Part shown: positions 22,356 through 32,902 of the stretch, piece by piece
How the letters are laid out: the number at the start of each line of letters is the position of its first letter
Position numbering within the stretch: the stretch's first letter is position 1
Source: Acidiferrobacterales bacterium
Lineage (GTDB): Bacteria > Pseudomonadota > Gammaproteobacteria > Acidiferrobacterales > SPGG2
Length of the DNA stretch: 64,000 nt
Direction of reading: 5' to 3'
NCBI GenBank assembly: GCA_046760105.1
Contig: JBHIDJ010000004.1
Coordinates: forward strand, 17,285-81,284
Translations under genes and position numbers: made by a program
The notes under the pieces: model-generated
The model's database searches: none
Seen by the model: the letters and a program-made list of their open reading frames with translations, nothing else
What the model was told of the DNA's origin: nothing

Positions 22356-22934
22356 TCAGCTGCGGTGGGGCTCCTCCTTCACAGTAAAAGGCGTTTCAGT
22401 GTGTGTGCTTGGGTCGAATTGCGAGCGTGCTGTGAAGTTCACATGCTTGCCGTAGACATGCAGCGAGAGTGCGACCGCATCCGTTTCGTTATCCACGCTG
22501 TGGATTTCGTCGGGCAGAAACACGGCGGCCTCGCCGGGACCGACAACTCTCGCTGCCTTTCGTTTGACGTCAGCGTAGCCGGCACGCGAGCCATCGTCGA
22601 ATCGCTCCCAGAATGTATTCTTCTCCGGCCCATCTACGCCGACAACCACGGCCCACGTACCATGATTGTGCGGTGGAGCCCCCCTATGAGGTAGCCACGC
22701 GACGGCAAACACTGCCAACGTATGGTCGGGTTCCTCGTGCAAGAGATGTACGCCGAACCCCTGCTCTCGATCACAGGTGTAGTAGCGTTCATCGAGCCAA
22801 CCCTTGGACAAGGCCATCCGCTTAGCAAGCGGTGCGACGCGACTGATGATTTGCGCATGTTCTTTGATATCTGCGGTAATAGCTCGAAGGTCGGTCACAA
22901 ACTCAGATAGTGTATACGCAGCAGCTGTCATCAT
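22356..22934 (-). CDS. Cysteine dioxygenase-family cupin (thiol dioxygenase-like)
   Basis: PPHNHGTWAVV, EIHSVDN, SLHVYG (three-His iron-site pattern); start reset to MMTAAA behind AAGGGG. Confidence 0.82.
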   Translation of the reverse strand: MMTAAAYTLSEFVTDLRAITADIKEHAQIISRVAPLAKRMALSKGWLDERYYTCDREQGFGVHLLHEEPDHTLAVFAVAWLPHRGAPPHNHGTWAVVVGVDGPEKNTFWERFDDGSRAGYADVKRKAARVVGPGEAAVFLPDEIHSVDNETDAVALSLHVYGKHVNFTARSQFDPSTHTETPFTVKEEPHRS

Positions 22935-22998
22935 TGTCCCCTTTCGCTCGGCTGGGCGATTTAGCGCAAGTTGTGCGCAGCATAGTCGGACCGTAGGC

Positions 22999-23075
<77 letters not shown>

Positions 23076-23361
23076 GGTTGCCGCAAGCATACCGAGCAGA
23101 GCGGGTATCGTCTACGCGAAGCGCTTTGTGATCGCGTTCGCCATGTGTGAACCCTGACACGTGAGCTGACTCTTCCGGGTCAGCGCGATTTTTCCGCGCG
23201 GTCGGGGCGCGCTGTGCCCTCTGTGTGCGCCCCTGCGGGCGCGTGACTAGCCGGCCGGCCTGTTGGTGCGGTCGTCGTTTAGGATATACTGAAATAGTAT
23301 TGACGATTCTGGGTGCCGTTCGTGCTGAGCGGCGAAAAAATGTGCGAGGGACAGATCAAGC

Positions 23362-23865
23362 ATGACCCACATCAGTGACCGTGTCTTTTTAAAAAACTTC
23401 TCAATGCTACTTGGCGCGTTGGTAGCGCTGACCATTATGTTCTTTTTTCTGGCAAGAATCATGGGTTCGTTGGTAAAGACAGACGATGTGGTCGAGCTCA
23501 AAGCTGAGGAGCAAACAGTGGCGGAGCGCATTAGGCCAGTGGGCCAGCTGAAGGTGGCCGACACCACGGGCGGCCAGACGGGAGGGGGTCTGATCGAGAC
23601 GGCCAGCGCCGCCGCAGATGGCAAGTCAGTTTATGATACGAGTTGCGCCGTGTGTCATGTGGCCGGCGTCGCTGGTGCCCCAAAGTTTGGCGACAAGGCT
23701 GCCTGGAAGGATCGCGTCACCCAGAGTAAAGACACGCTCTACGAGCATGCCATCAAGGGTTTCCAAGGCAAGGTCGGTTTCATGCCGGCCAAGGGTGGCA
23801 ATGTGGCGCTGTCCGACGATGCCGTCAAAGCCGCGGTCGATTACATGCTGTCGCAGGTCCAGTAG
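23362..23865 (+). CDS. Membrane-anchored cytochrome c5-family protein
   Basis: N-terminal TM; ERIRPVG; CAVCH haem motif; GAPKFGD; MPAKGG axial Met. Confidence 0.92.
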   Translation: MTHISDRVFLKNFSMLLGALVALTIMFFFLARIMGSLVKTDDVVELKAEEQTVAERIRPVGQLKVADTTGGQTGGGLIETASAAADGKSVYDTSCAVCHVAGVAGAPKFGDKAAWKDRVTQSKDTLYEHAIKGFQGKVGFMPAKGGNVALSDDAVKAAVDYMLSQVQ

Positions 23866-23887
23866 CTGACAGAGCTTTGCATTGTCG

Positions 23888-23914
23888 AAAAGCGGCCCGC
23901 GGCCGCTTTCTTTT
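23888..23914. terminator. Probable bidirectional intrinsic terminator
   Basis: aaaagcggcc-cgc-ggccgctttctttt between convergent genes. Confidence 0.75.
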
Positions 23915-23934
23915 GCTTGGCGAGATACTGGCGT

Positions 23935-25449
23935 TCAGTAGAGCACAGGCCGGTCGAGACAGCGATACTGAATCGCTTCGCTCAAATGGTTAGTAGACAG
24001 GTGCTCCTCGCCCGCCAGATCGGCGATGGTGCGTGCCACCTTGAGCACCCGGTGATAAGCCCTCGCACTTAGACCGAGCCGCGCCATCGCCTGTTCCAGA
24101 AAGCCCCGCGCCTCGGCCCCGAGCGCACAAACCTTTTCAACCTGCTTGTTCGTCAGCCTGTAGTTAGCACAGCCGCTTCGCGCGAGCTGGTGCTCGCGCG
24201 CCGCCTCAACCCGGCCTTGCACCGTGGCCGAGGTCTCCCCGCGCCGTCCTTCTCTGTGTAACAGCTGCGCGCGTGGCACCGCCGGCGCTTCCACATGCAT
24301 GTCGATACGATCGAGGAGCGGTCCCGAGATCTTTGATCGGTAACCACGCACACGGTCAGGTGTGCAATGACAGCGCCCGGAGGCGTCGCCGAGATAGCCG
24401 CATGGGCACGGATTCATGGCCGCTACCAGTTGAAAGCGTGCCGGGAATTCAACATGTCGTGCGGCCCGCGAGATGTTTATCGTGCCCGATTCCAGCGGTT
24501 CCCGTAGCACCTCCAGCACGCGGCGGTCAAACTCTGGCAATTCATCGAGAAACAACACGCCGCCGTGGGCCAGTGAGATCTCACCTGGGCGCGGGTGACT
24601 ACCGCCGCCGACAAGGGCCACGGCGGAGGCAGTATGATGCGGGGAACGAAATGGCCGTTGCTTCCACGTAAGCACGGAGAACCCCTTACCGGCAACGGAC
24701 TGGATAGCGGCTGCCTCTAACGCCTCCTCGTCATCCATCTTCGGGAGAATACCCGGCAGGCGGCTAGCGAGCATGGTTTTGCCGGTACCCGGTGGGCCGA
24801 TCAGTAATAGGCTGTGGCCGCCGGCGGCCGCGATTTCGAGCGCACGCTTAGCGTGTTGCTGGCCAACAATGTCGCTGAGATCGGGCGTCTCGGGTGGCGC
24901 ATTCTCAACCAATTTGAGTTCGTGGCGCTTAAGCGTGTTGTCGTTGCGCAGATGTGCGGTGACCTCGAGCAGGTGTTTGGCCCCCATGACTGAAACACCA
25001 GTCGCGAGTGCCGCCTCGTCGGCATTGTCAGCTGGCAGGATTAGCGCGCGGCCGGTTGCACGGGTTTGCAGGGCAGCGGTCAGCGCCCCACGGATCGGCC
25101 GTAGCTTTCCCGTAAGCGCTAGTTCGCCGGCAAATTCAAACCTATCGAGATGTTTGTTAGGAACTTGTCCGGAGGCGGCGAGAATACCGATCGCGATGGG
25201 CAGGTCGAAGCGACCGCCTTCCTTAGGGAGATCGGCAGGTGCGAGGTTGATGGTTATGCGCCGCGCCGGAAACTCGAAACGTGCATGAATGAGCGCACTA
25301 CGTACGCGATCCTTGCTCTCCTTAACCGCCGCTTCTGGCAAACCGACGATGGAAAGATTCGGAAGGCCGTTAGCCAGATGGACCTCGACCGTGACTGGAA
25401 GGGCGTCGACACCCATCTGGGCACGGCTATGTATCACCGCCAGCGACAT
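23935..25449 (-). CDS. comM: ComM/YifB Mg-chelatase-like AAA+ ATPase
   Basis: GPPGTGKTM, PFRSPHH, AAMNPCPCG, SGPLLDRID. Confidence 0.94.
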   Translation of the reverse strand: MSLAVIHSRAQMGVDALPVTVEVHLANGLPNLSIVGLPEAAVKESKDRVRSALIHARFEFPARRITINLAPADLPKEGGRFDLPIAIGILAASGQVPNKHLDRFEFAGELALTGKLRPIRGALTAALQTRATGRALILPADNADEAALATGVSVMGAKHLLEVTAHLRNDNTLKRHELKLVENAPPETPDLSDIVGQQHAKRALEIAAAGGHSLLLIGPPGTGKTMLASRLPGILPKMDDEEALEAAAIQSVAGKGFSVLTWKQRPFRSPHHTASAVALVGGGSHPRPGEISLAHGGVLFLDELPEFDRRVLEVLREPLESGTINISRAARHVEFPARFQLVAAMNPCPCGYLGDASGRCHCTPDRVRGYRSKISGPLLDRIDMHVEAPAVPRAQLLHREGRRGETSATVQGRVEAAREHQLARSGCANYRLTNKQVEKVCALGAEARGFLEQAMARLGLSARAYHRVLKVARTIADLAGEEHLSTNHLSEAIQYRCLDRPVLY

Positions 25450-25475
25450 GGCATCGCTCTATTGGAATGATTGAG

Positions 25476-25718
25476 CTATTGTTTTGCTAATTTTTCTTCG
25501 AGTGCAGCCATCTTCTTTTCTAGTTCCTGAAGTTGGCTACGAGTGCGCGCCAACACGGCCTCCTGCACCTCGAGTTCCTCGCGTGTCACGAGATCGAGTC
25601 GATCAAGCGCCGATGCCAGTGCAGCGCGCAGATTCTTCTGGATATCGCTCCCAAGGTGCGAAGGAAGCGCACTATTGATAGCGGCCGAGATCTGCTCGAA
25701 GGTCTTGGGATTGATCAT
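25476..25718 (-). CDS. ubiK: Accessory factor UbiK (YqiC/BMFP family)
   Basis: LDLVTREELEVQEAVLARTR coiled coil; usual position between comM and glnK. Confidence 0.88.
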   Translation of the reverse strand: MINPKTFEQISAAINSALPSHLGSDIQKNLRAALASALDRLDLVTREELEVQEAVLARTRSQLQELEKKMAALEEKLAKQ

Positions 25719-25782
25719 GATGTTTGACCGACCGGAAATTATAACAGAACCGCCTGATCGCGAGGCGTGTCAAGCCGTCCAA

Positions 25783-25831
25783 TGCACTGTCCTGGTGCAA
25801 CGCCCGCGTCCACATTCGCCAGCTTGGTGCG
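25783..25831 (+). promoter_or_regulatory. Tandem NtrC-binding sites
   Basis: TGCACTGTCCTGGTGCA (25783) and weaker TTCGCCAGCTTGGTGCG (25815), 32 bp apart. Confidence 0.75.
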
Positions 25832-25895
25832 TAGCGCTCGCTTTAAGCTACCGTCGGCTGTGCTAACTGCTTATTTTTCCAGCGATTGACCGTTC

Positions 25896-25911
25896 TGGCA
25901 CAGCTACTGCA
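25896..25911 (+). promoter_or_regulatory. Sigma-54 (-24/-12) promoter of glnK-amtB
   Basis: TGGCAC-AGCTA-CTGCA with GG-N10-GC spacing. Confidence 0.8.
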
Positions 25912-25984
25912 GAGCAGGAGAAGCACGCCTGTGCTGCCGGTTTAGCCAGGCCGTTCTGATTCGTATCGATGGGGGAACCGACGG

Positions 25985-26323
25985 ATGAAATTTGTCACGG
26001 CAATCATCAAGCCTTTCAAGTTGGACGACGTGCGTGAAGCGCTATCGAGCGTCGGCGTACGCGGGATCACGGTGACCGAGGTCAAGGGCTTTGGGCGCCA
26101 GAAAGGTCACACCGAACTCTACCGGGGCGCAGAATACGTTGTCGATTTCTTACCCAAGGTCAAGCTCGAGATCGCCATCGATGCCGACCTTGTGGACCAG
26201 GTTGTCGAAGCGATCACCGCTGCGGCCAAGACCGACAAAATCGGTGACGGCAAGATTTTCGTGTTTGATCTCGAGCGGGCCATGCGTATACGCACCGGGG
26301 AGACCGGTAAAGACGCCCTTTAA
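25985..26323 (+). CDS. glnK: P-II nitrogen regulator GlnK
   Basis: 112 aa; [18 protein letters not shown]-loop; upstream of amtB. Confidence 0.96.
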   Translation: MKFVTAIIKPFKLDDVREALSSVGVRGITVTEVKGFGRQKGHTELYRGAEYVVDFLPKVKLEIAIDADLVDQVVEAITAAAKTDKIGDGKIFVFDLERAMRIRTGETGKDAL

Positions 26324-26345
26324 AACCAGTGAGGAATTGACGACG

Positions 26346-27644
26346 ATGAGATGTGCAAACGCTAAGAAAGTACTCGCCACTTTAACGCTATTTTTGGTAG
26401 CTGGCTTGCCTGAGCGTGTGCTGGCCGACGAATTGAACTCGGGTGACACGGCCTGGATGCTAACCGCCACCGCGCTGGTACTGTTCATGACCATACCCGG
26501 TCTGTCGCTATTTTACGCCGGCCTAGTGCGCACCAAGAATGTGCTATCTGTGCTCATGCAGTGCTTTGCCATCACGTGTTTAATCTCCGTCGTGTGGCTG
26601 GTTTACGCCTACGGCCTCGCATTCGGCGATGGCGGCGGTCTCAATAAGCTGGTCGGTATCGGCAAATTTTTTATGGCCGGCGTCGGGAGGGATACGTTAA
26701 GCGGTACGATTCCGGAAACTGTGTTCTCGATGTTCCAACTCACCTTCGCCATCATTACGCCGGCACTGATCGTCGGTGGCTTCGCCGAGCGCATGAAGTT
26801 CTCCGCCATGCTCTGGTTCTCGGTGCTATGGGTTACGCTGGTTTACGCACCCATATGTCACTGGGTGTGGGGCGGTGGTTGGCTGGGTGACCTTGGCCTG
26901 CTGGACTTCGCCGGTGGCACGGTTGTGCACATCAACGCCGGGGTAGCGGCGCTGGTCGCGGCCCTAGTGCTCGGTAAGCGCAGGGAATTTCCAAAAACCC
27001 CCATGCCGCCGCACAACCTGGCTATTACGGTCGCCGGGGCTTCCATGCTGTGGGTCGGCTGGTTTGGATTCAACGCCGGCAGCGCTGTCGCGTCTAATGG
27101 TGATGCCGGCATGGCAATGTTAGTGACTCACATCGGCGCTGCGACCGGGTCTCTAGGATGGATGTTTAGCGAATGGATCAAGCACGGTAAGCCGAGTGTG
27201 TTGGGTATTGTCACCGGTATGGTGGCGGGCCTGGGAACTATCACACCAGCATCGGGATTTGTGGGTCCCATTGGCGCCCTTATTATCGGCGCCGCGGCAG
27301 GTGTCGCTTGCTTCTGGGCTACGTACACCATGAAGCGCATTTTGTATGTTGACGATTCGCTCGATGTCTTCCCCGTCCACGGCGTCGGCGGAGTTATTGG
27401 GACCTTGCTCACGGGCGTGTTCGTCGGTGTCCTTGGTGGCGCTGGCCTCGCCGAGGGTGTGGCCATGGGCCGACAGGTGGGGATTCAGTTCGTTGGCGTG
27501 ATCGCGACGATAACCTGGTGCGCCGTCGCCAGCCTAATCATTTTCAAGCTATTGGACATTACCATCGGCTTACGCGTGAGTGAAGAGCAAGAAACTGAGG
27601 GCCTGGATCTCGCGCTCCACGATGAGAAGGGCTACAACTGGTAG
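26346..27644 (+). CDS. amtB: Ammonium transporter AmtB
   Basis: GDTAWML, DFAGGTVVH, WFGFNAGS, DDSLDVFPVHG; start reset to MRCANAK behind GAGGA. Confidence 0.96.
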   Translation: MRCANAKKVLATLTLFLVAGLPERVLADELNSGDTAWMLTATALVLFMTIPGLSLFYAGLVRTKNVLSVLMQCFAITCLISVVWLVYAYGLAFGDGGGLNKLVGIGKFFMAGVGRDTLSGTIPETVFSMFQLTFAIITPALIVGGFAERMKFSAMLWFSVLWVTLVYAPICHWVWGGGWLGDLGLLDFAGGTVVHINAGVAALVAALVLGKRREFPKTPMPPHNLAITVAGASMLWVGWFGFNAGSAVASNGDAGMAMLVTHIGAATGSLGWMFSEWIKHGKPSVLGIVTGMVAGLGTITPASGFVGPIGALIIGAAAGVACFWATYTMKRILYVDDSLDVFPVHGVGGVIGTLLTGVFVGVLGGAGLAEGVAMGRQVGIQFVGVIATITWCAVASLIIFKLLDITIGLRVSEEQETEGLDLALHDEKGYNW

Positions 27645-27663
27645 GTGCACGGCTTCTCCCAAG

Positions 27664-27697
27664 AAAAAAGGCGGGCATGTATATGTCCGCCTTTTTC
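27664..27697. terminator. Bidirectional intrinsic terminator
   Basis: aaaaaaggcgggcat-gtat-atgtccgcctttttt. Confidence 0.8.
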
Positions 27698-27723
27698 ATA
27701 CGGGTTGACTGGACTTTGCGCGC

Positions 27724-29139
27724 TTATGCTCCCAGACCCAGCAGCGGCTGCTTCAGCGGCCGGTCATTCACCAAGAATCGGCCTTGCCGGAAAGACACAC
27801 TGATCCTGTAATACGGGCCGTCCGGGATGAGTAATTTCGTGAAACCGTTCTTATTCAGGTACGAGGGATAGGCCTCGTCCACGATGCTCGACATCACCTC
27901 CGGTGTCAGCCTGGTCATATCCTTTTGCGATAGCATCCCGCGCCGCTTGTAGATCTCGATATCCTGCCGAATGCGCGGCGTGAGAATCGCTTTCACCATG
28001 CTCGGGGGAATCGAAAGTTTGGCCTCGCCCTGCAGCGCTCTTAGCAGAAGCATGGTGTTTTCCGCCACGTTCAGGTTGCTACCGTCGAGTATAAACTTGG
28101 CCTCGCCGGTCAGTTCGCCCTCGCGCGATTTGAAACTGAGTTTGGTGATCTCAAGCTCCGGTGCTTTTTTCGACAGGTTCGCGATGAGCTTCATCGTTTC
28201 TGCCGCGACCATCATCGAGCGCTGTTCGTCGGGCAATCCCCGCTTGCTGATAGTGTTAATTGCCGTCTCATACTTGCGTAGCGCGGCAGCGTCTAGCTTG
28301 CGCAGCACGATGGTGAGCTGACCAGGCCCGTAGTGGTTGGCGCCGACCTGGACATCCTTGACCTGATAGCTCACCGTCGTATTGACATTGGGGCCCACTG
28401 GCTTGGCGTTGGTCGTGAAGCGCAACCCTTTAACCGTGACATCAGGTCCGATGCCGATGTTCGCTACATGTAAGGCACTGTTGCCAAACATAAAGCCGGC
28501 CTTGCCACCAGTTGCGTCAGAACGGAATTTCACCTGGCTAAGCGAGAACTCCCCGTTCTTCGAAGGAAACGACAGCCCCGGAGACTGCAACTCCGCAATG
28601 ACCTGTTCGCCTCGCTCCCGAAACACGATGGTTCCGCTCAGACCGCGCCAGTTGATCGCCCCACCGTCTTTACTCTTGCGGCGCGAAGGCGGGACGTTGA
28701 TTTGCATCTCGGCGTTGCCCGATAGAGCAAGCACCGTATCAGCCGTGGCCGGGGGTAGCTGTTTGATGAGGTCCTTCAGGGTTTCAGCACCTTTTCTCGG
28801 CGCGAGCGTGGCACGACTGCTCACAAACGCCACCGCCGGTGTTAGCTCGAGCTGGCCCTGCATTAGGCGGTCCAGGGCAAGCGGGCCGTGAGCGATATCG
28901 TGTGTCAACGACACATCAACCGGCAGGCCCGGGAGGGTTACCACGGTTTCGGCGGTGGATCGTAGCCATCCGCGCTCGTAGTGCTTCGTCCTGACAGTCG
29001 TGGAGCCGTTTTTGGCCATCTGCTCGACGATGCTGTTGTAGGCGTTTTCCGCTTGCATGCCGAACCAGAACGGCGCGGCCCCGGCCGCCACGACGAGTAG
29101 GATTAGCACCATCCCTAGAATCGTTACAATCTTCTTCAC
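27724..29139 (-). CDS. YdgA / DUF945 family protein
   Basis: N-terminal TM then APFWFG...YERGWLRSTA...HDIAHGP signature. Confidence 0.8.
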   Translation of the reverse strand: MKKIVTILGMVLILLVVAAGAAPFWFGMQAENAYNSIVEQMAKNGSTTVRTKHYERGWLRSTAETVVTLPGLPVDVSLTHDIAHGPLALDRLMQGQLELTPAVAFVSSRATLAPRKGAETLKDLIKQLPPATADTVLALSGNAEMQINVPPSRRKSKDGGAINWRGLSGTIVFRERGEQVIAELQSPGLSFPSKNGEFSLSQVKFRSDATGGKAGFMFGNSALHVANIGIGPDVTVKGLRFTTNAKPVGPNVNTTVSYQVKDVQVGANHYGPGQLTIVLRKLDAAALRKYETAINTISKRGLPDEQRSMMVAAETMKLIANLSKKAPELEITKLSFKSREGELTGEAKFILDGSNLNVAENTMLLLRALQGEAKLSIPPSMVKAILTPRIRQDIEIYKRRGMLSQKDMTRLTPEVMSSIVDEAYPSYLNKNGFTKLLIPDGPYYRISVSFRQGRFLVNDRPLKQPLLGLGA

Positions 29140-29480
29140 GTTTATCTCCAGCTGATCTCAGGTCTTACTCCTTGTTAAGTATAGGAAATATAACAGCAAT
29201 TACAGCCCCCAGGGCAAGGGTGAGAGCTGCTCGTATTGCCGAGCGCGTGGCGCGCAAACGACACGCTAAGGCCCGTTGATAAAGGCGGATACCGCCATGG
29301 CAGCGGCGTGGATACCGTGGTTGTAGTAGAACGTCGGAAATGGCTTGGCGGCGGCCGCCTCCTCACGGGACTTGGACACTGGGGTCTCCTTACTCGCCAT
29401 GATTGCAGTCCATCAGCCGAAAGCATACTTACATTATAATCTTGTACCTTCGATCTCGAACCTTTTGGGTTGAGCCGCTT

Positions 29481-30356
29481 ATGAAAACCGGAGTCATTGG
29501 GCTTGGCGCTATGGGTGCTCCCATGGCGCTCAACCTGCACAAGGCTGGCAGGCTTAGCGCGGTGTGGAATCGCACACATCAGAGGGCGGACGAGCTAGCC
29601 GCCGAGACGGGCGTCACGGCTGCGCCTGAACCAGCCGCGCTTGCGCGTGACTGCGAGCTTATCATCACGAGTCTCTCGCGCGACGCGGTGTTACTCGACG
29701 TAATTGATGCCATGTTAACAAGCCTCGGTGCAGGTAAAGTGGTGGTAGACACCTCGACGGTGAGTTCTGAAACTGCGCGCAAAGTCGCACGAACGCTGGC
29801 CGGCGTGGATGCTGCGTTTCTCGATGCGCCGGTATCGGGCGGTGTCGAGGGCGCACGTCAAGGCACGCTGGCGATGATGGTCGGCGGCGATGCGAATGTG
29901 CTCGACCGTGTGCGGCCGGTGTTGGACGCGATCGCATCACGTATCGCCCACATCGGGCCGGTCGGCAGTGGACAAGGTGCAAAGGCCGTCAATCAAGTGA
30001 TGGTGGCCGGCATCAATCAGGCGGTTTCCGAATCGCTCGCGTTCGCGCAGGCGATGGGCTTGCCGATGGAGAAGGTTATCGACGTCTTGGCTACTGGCGC
30101 GGCGGGCAACTGGTTCCTGACCCATCGCGGACCAACTATGATCAAACAGAACTTCACGCCCGGTTTCAAGGTGAGTTTGCACCATAAAGATCTCAGTATC
30201 TGTAAGCAGATGGCGGAGCATTTTCAGGCGCAGTTACCGCTGGTGGAGATGTCCTTGATTCACTATCAGCGGTTAATGGATGCAGGTTTCGGCAATGAAG
30301 ATATCTCAGCGCTGTTTCGACAGAAGAGAGCGATATTTGAGACAGCGAACAAGTAA
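29481..30356 (+). CDS. NAD(P)-dependent beta-hydroxyacid dehydrogenase (3-hydroxyisobutyrate DH family)
   Basis: GVIGLGAMGAPMA, LDAPVSGG, GQGAKAVNQ, HHKDL. Confidence 0.9.
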   Translation: MKTGVIGLGAMGAPMALNLHKAGRLSAVWNRTHQRADELAAETGVTAAPEPAALARDCELIITSLSRDAVLLDVIDAMLTSLGAGKVVVDTSTVSSETARKVARTLAGVDAAFLDAPVSGGVEGARQGTLAMMVGGDANVLDRVRPVLDAIASRIAHIGPVGSGQGAKAVNQVMVAGINQAVSESLAFAQAMGLPMEKVIDVLATGAAGNWFLTHRGPTMIKQNFTPGFKVSLHHKDLSICKQMAEHFQAQLPLVEMSLIHYQRLMDAGFGNEDISALFRQKRAIFETANK

Positions 30357-30392
30357 CTTGTGACTCGTGATTGGTCATTAGCCATAGTCACT
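30351..30392. repeat. Degenerate 7-bp tandem repeat
   Basis: aagtaac ttgtgac tcgtgat tggtcat tagccat. Confidence 0.5.
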
Positions 30393-30397
30393 GAGGT

Positions 30398-30991
30398 TTA
30401 CCTTTCACGTTTAACTTTTAGCCGCAGCGCTTGAATCCCGAGTTCATGCAAACGCCTATTAGCGGCATTGAGTTCTTCCAGGTTGTCATAGGGTCCGAGG
30501 CGCACACGGTGATATTCGCCTTTACCCTCAATGGCGACCTTCTGAATATGCGTCACCAAGCCATTTAAAGCCAGCTTTGCCTTGAGGCGATCGGCATCCT
30601 CGAAGTTGGCGAACGAAGCCGCCTGCAGCACGTAGCGCACGTTGCGTTCTGGGGTAGCTGCACTGGTGGCTTTTCTCTGTGTTGGTGAGCCATTATCCGG
30701 TAGTACCGTCTCGATCTCCGGCAAAATGGTATAAAAGTCGAATTTCGGCTTTGGTATCTCATCGGGTGTCGTTGATGAGGCACGTTTTTCTGTGGCCGTG
30801 GTTATCGATTTTTCGGTCCGATTAAATAGTGTCCGCAAACCGCTCCCGGGCGAGCTAACCCGGTGAACGAACAGCTCGACTAATATCGTCAATGCAATGC
30901 CGATACCGAGACCCAGCACGAGCAACGTCCAGTTGGGTAGCTTCCTAGATTTACGCCCCCGTTTTGTTATTTTCTTGCGCCTCGTAGCCAT
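30398..30991 (-). CDS. SPOR-domain cell division protein (FtsN-like)
   Basis: Basic N-tail, TM, FDFYTILP, YVLQAASF...HRVRLGPY; follows argS. Confidence 0.88.
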   Translation of the reverse strand: MATRRKKITKRGRKSRKLPNWTLLVLGLGIGIALTILVELFVHRVSSPGSGLRTLFNRTEKSITTATEKRASSTTPDEIPKPKFDFYTILPEIETVLPDNGSPTQRKATSAATPERNVRYVLQAASFANFEDADRLKAKLALNGLVTHIQKVAIEGKGEYHRVRLGPYDNLEELNAANRRLHELGIQALRLKVKRER

Positions 30992-30997
30992 TTCAGG

Positions 30998-32791
30998 TCA
31001 CATGCTCTCCGGGGCGGAAACACTCAATAGCCTGAGGCCGTTTGTGATTACCTGGCGCGTCGCGTCGATTAGGTTCAAGCGTGCGTCACGCAGATCAGGC
31101 GATTCAACCAAAAACGTATGTGCGTTGTAATAGATGTGAAAACTATTTGCCAACTCGCGCAGATAATGAGGAAGCTGATGCGGTTCATGCGCCAACGCCG
31201 CTGATTCCACAACTTCAGGGAAGCGCGAGAGCGCGGTAAGCAGCTCCAGTTCATGGGTCTCGGTCAGCAGGTGTACCTTCGCGTTGCCGTTTTCTCGGTT
31301 GCGTGTCAGCTGCTTTTCCTTCAGTTGTCGGAACACGCTGCAGATGCGCGCGTACGCGTATTGTACATAGTAAACGGGGTTGTCGGAGGTCTGCGACTTT
31401 GCCAAGTCTAGATCGAAGTCCATATGCTGCTCGCATTTGCGCATGACGTAAAAGTAGCGTGCCGCATCTTTGCCGACCTCGTCGCACAGTTCACGCAGGG
31501 TCACGAACTCGCCGCTGCGAGTCGACATCTGTAAACGTTTGCCGCCACGATAGAGGTTGGCGAACTGAACCAACAAGACATCAAGCTTTGAGGAATCATC
31601 GCCGATGGCGCTGAGCGCCGCTTTCATCCGCGGTACATAACCATGATGGTCTGCGCCCCAAACATCGATAACGCGCTCGAAGCCGCGTTCCAATTTATCC
31701 ATGTGGTAGGCGATATCTGATGCGAAATACGTCGACTGACCATTTTCGCGTACGACCACACGGTCTTTTTCATCGCCGTAATCGGTGGAGCGAAACCAGA
31801 GCGCACCGCCTTTTTTATAAACATGGCTCGAACGACGAAGCCGCTCGATCGCACGATCCACTGCGCCACTGTCTGCGAGCGAACGTTCCGAGAGCCACAG
31901 GTCGTAAACAACGCCGAACGCCTCGAGGTCCTTGCGGATGCCGGCCAGTATGTTATTGAGAGCATGGTCATAAACCGTGCGGTAATGACTATCGCCGAGC
32001 AAGTTTTTGGCCCGTGCGATAAGGGCATCGATATGAGTCTCGGCATCACCTGCCGCAGGCGTGTCGGGCGGCAGGTTGCGCATCACTGCCGCTGCCGGAC
32101 GACAGAGCACTTCACCTTGGCTGCGATGTAGGTCGGCGGCGATGTCATAGATGTAATCGCCCCGGTAACCACTGGCGGGAAAGCTAATCGACTCACCGCA
32201 TAACTCGAGGCAGCGTAGCCACACACTGGTCGCGAGGATATCCATTTGACGACCCGCGTCGTTAACGTAGTATTCGCGGTGAACCTTAAATCCAACCGCC
32301 TGCAGCAGATCCGCTACGGTCGCGCCATAGGCGGCCCCCCGCCCGTGGCCGACATGCAGCGGCCCGGTGGGGTTGGCGGAGACAAACTCCACCTGTATTG
32401 CGTGACTAGCACCTATCTCACTGCGGCCGTAGTCATCACCAGCCTCGAGGATGTCCGCCACCGTCGTTTGCAACGCATGGGCGCTCAGGAAAAAGTTGAT
32501 AAAACCAGGACCGGCGGTTTCCTCTTTGTCTATCATGTCGGACACACGCACGCCCTCCACGATCAGGTCTGGGTCACGGAGACACTTCACGATCTTTTCT
32601 GCCAGTTCAAGCGGGTTTGCGCGCGCCTTTTTGCCCAGCAACAGTGCGTAGTTGCTGGAAACATCGCCGTGGCCTTCGTGACGCGGACGTTCGGTCGTGA
32701 TCGGGATACCCTCCCCCGGCGGTATCTCGCCGGCTTGCTCGAGTTTGCTGATCACCTCGGCAAGCAGTGCTTTGATGAAGTCCTGTTTCAC
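30998..32791 (-). CDS. argS: Arginine--tRNA ligase
   Basis: [18 protein letters not shown] (HIGH), [23 protein letters not shown]. Confidence 0.97.
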   Translation of the reverse strand: MKQDFIKALLAEVISKLEQAGEIPPGEGIPITTERPRHEGHGDVSSNYALLLGKKARANPLELAEKIVKCLRDPDLIVEGVRVSDMIDKEETAGPGFINFFLSAHALQTTVADILEAGDDYGRSEIGASHAIQVEFVSANPTGPLHVGHGRGAAYGATVADLLQAVGFKVHREYYVNDAGRQMDILATSVWLRCLELCGESISFPASGYRGDYIYDIAADLHRSQGEVLCRPAAAVMRNLPPDTPAAGDAETHIDALIARAKNLLGDSHYRTVYDHALNNILAGIRKDLEAFGVVYDLWLSERSLADSGAVDRAIERLRRSSHVYKKGGALWFRSTDYGDEKDRVVVRENGQSTYFASDIAYHMDKLERGFERVIDVWGADHHGYVPRMKAALSAIGDDSSKLDVLLVQFANLYRGGKRLQMSTRSGEFVTLRELCDEVGKDAARYFYVMRKCEQHMDFDLDLAKSQTSDNPVYYVQYAYARICSVFRQLKEKQLTRNRENGNAKVHLLTETHELELLTALSRFPEVVESAALAHEPHQLPHYLRELANSFHIYYNAHTFLVESPDLRDARLNLIDATRQVITNGLRLLSVSAPESM

Positions 32792-32902
32792 CGTATTTTG
32801 TTGAGTATCTCTGTGTTATTAGGTTTGAGGAGCTAGAAAAGGCTGGAGATTCTACAGAGCCGGCAGCGTGGCGAGAAGCCGCAAACCGCTTCAGCTACAA
32901 AG

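Noticed and set aside
26091-26345. Extended amtB N-terminus overlapping glnK
   Set aside because: Open-frame artefact; ATG 26346 has an RBS and a signal-like sequence
29140-29480. Short ORFs or RNA in the ydgA-dehydrogenase intergenic region
   Set aside because: No convincing coding signal or stable structure by eye; probably divergent promoter DNA
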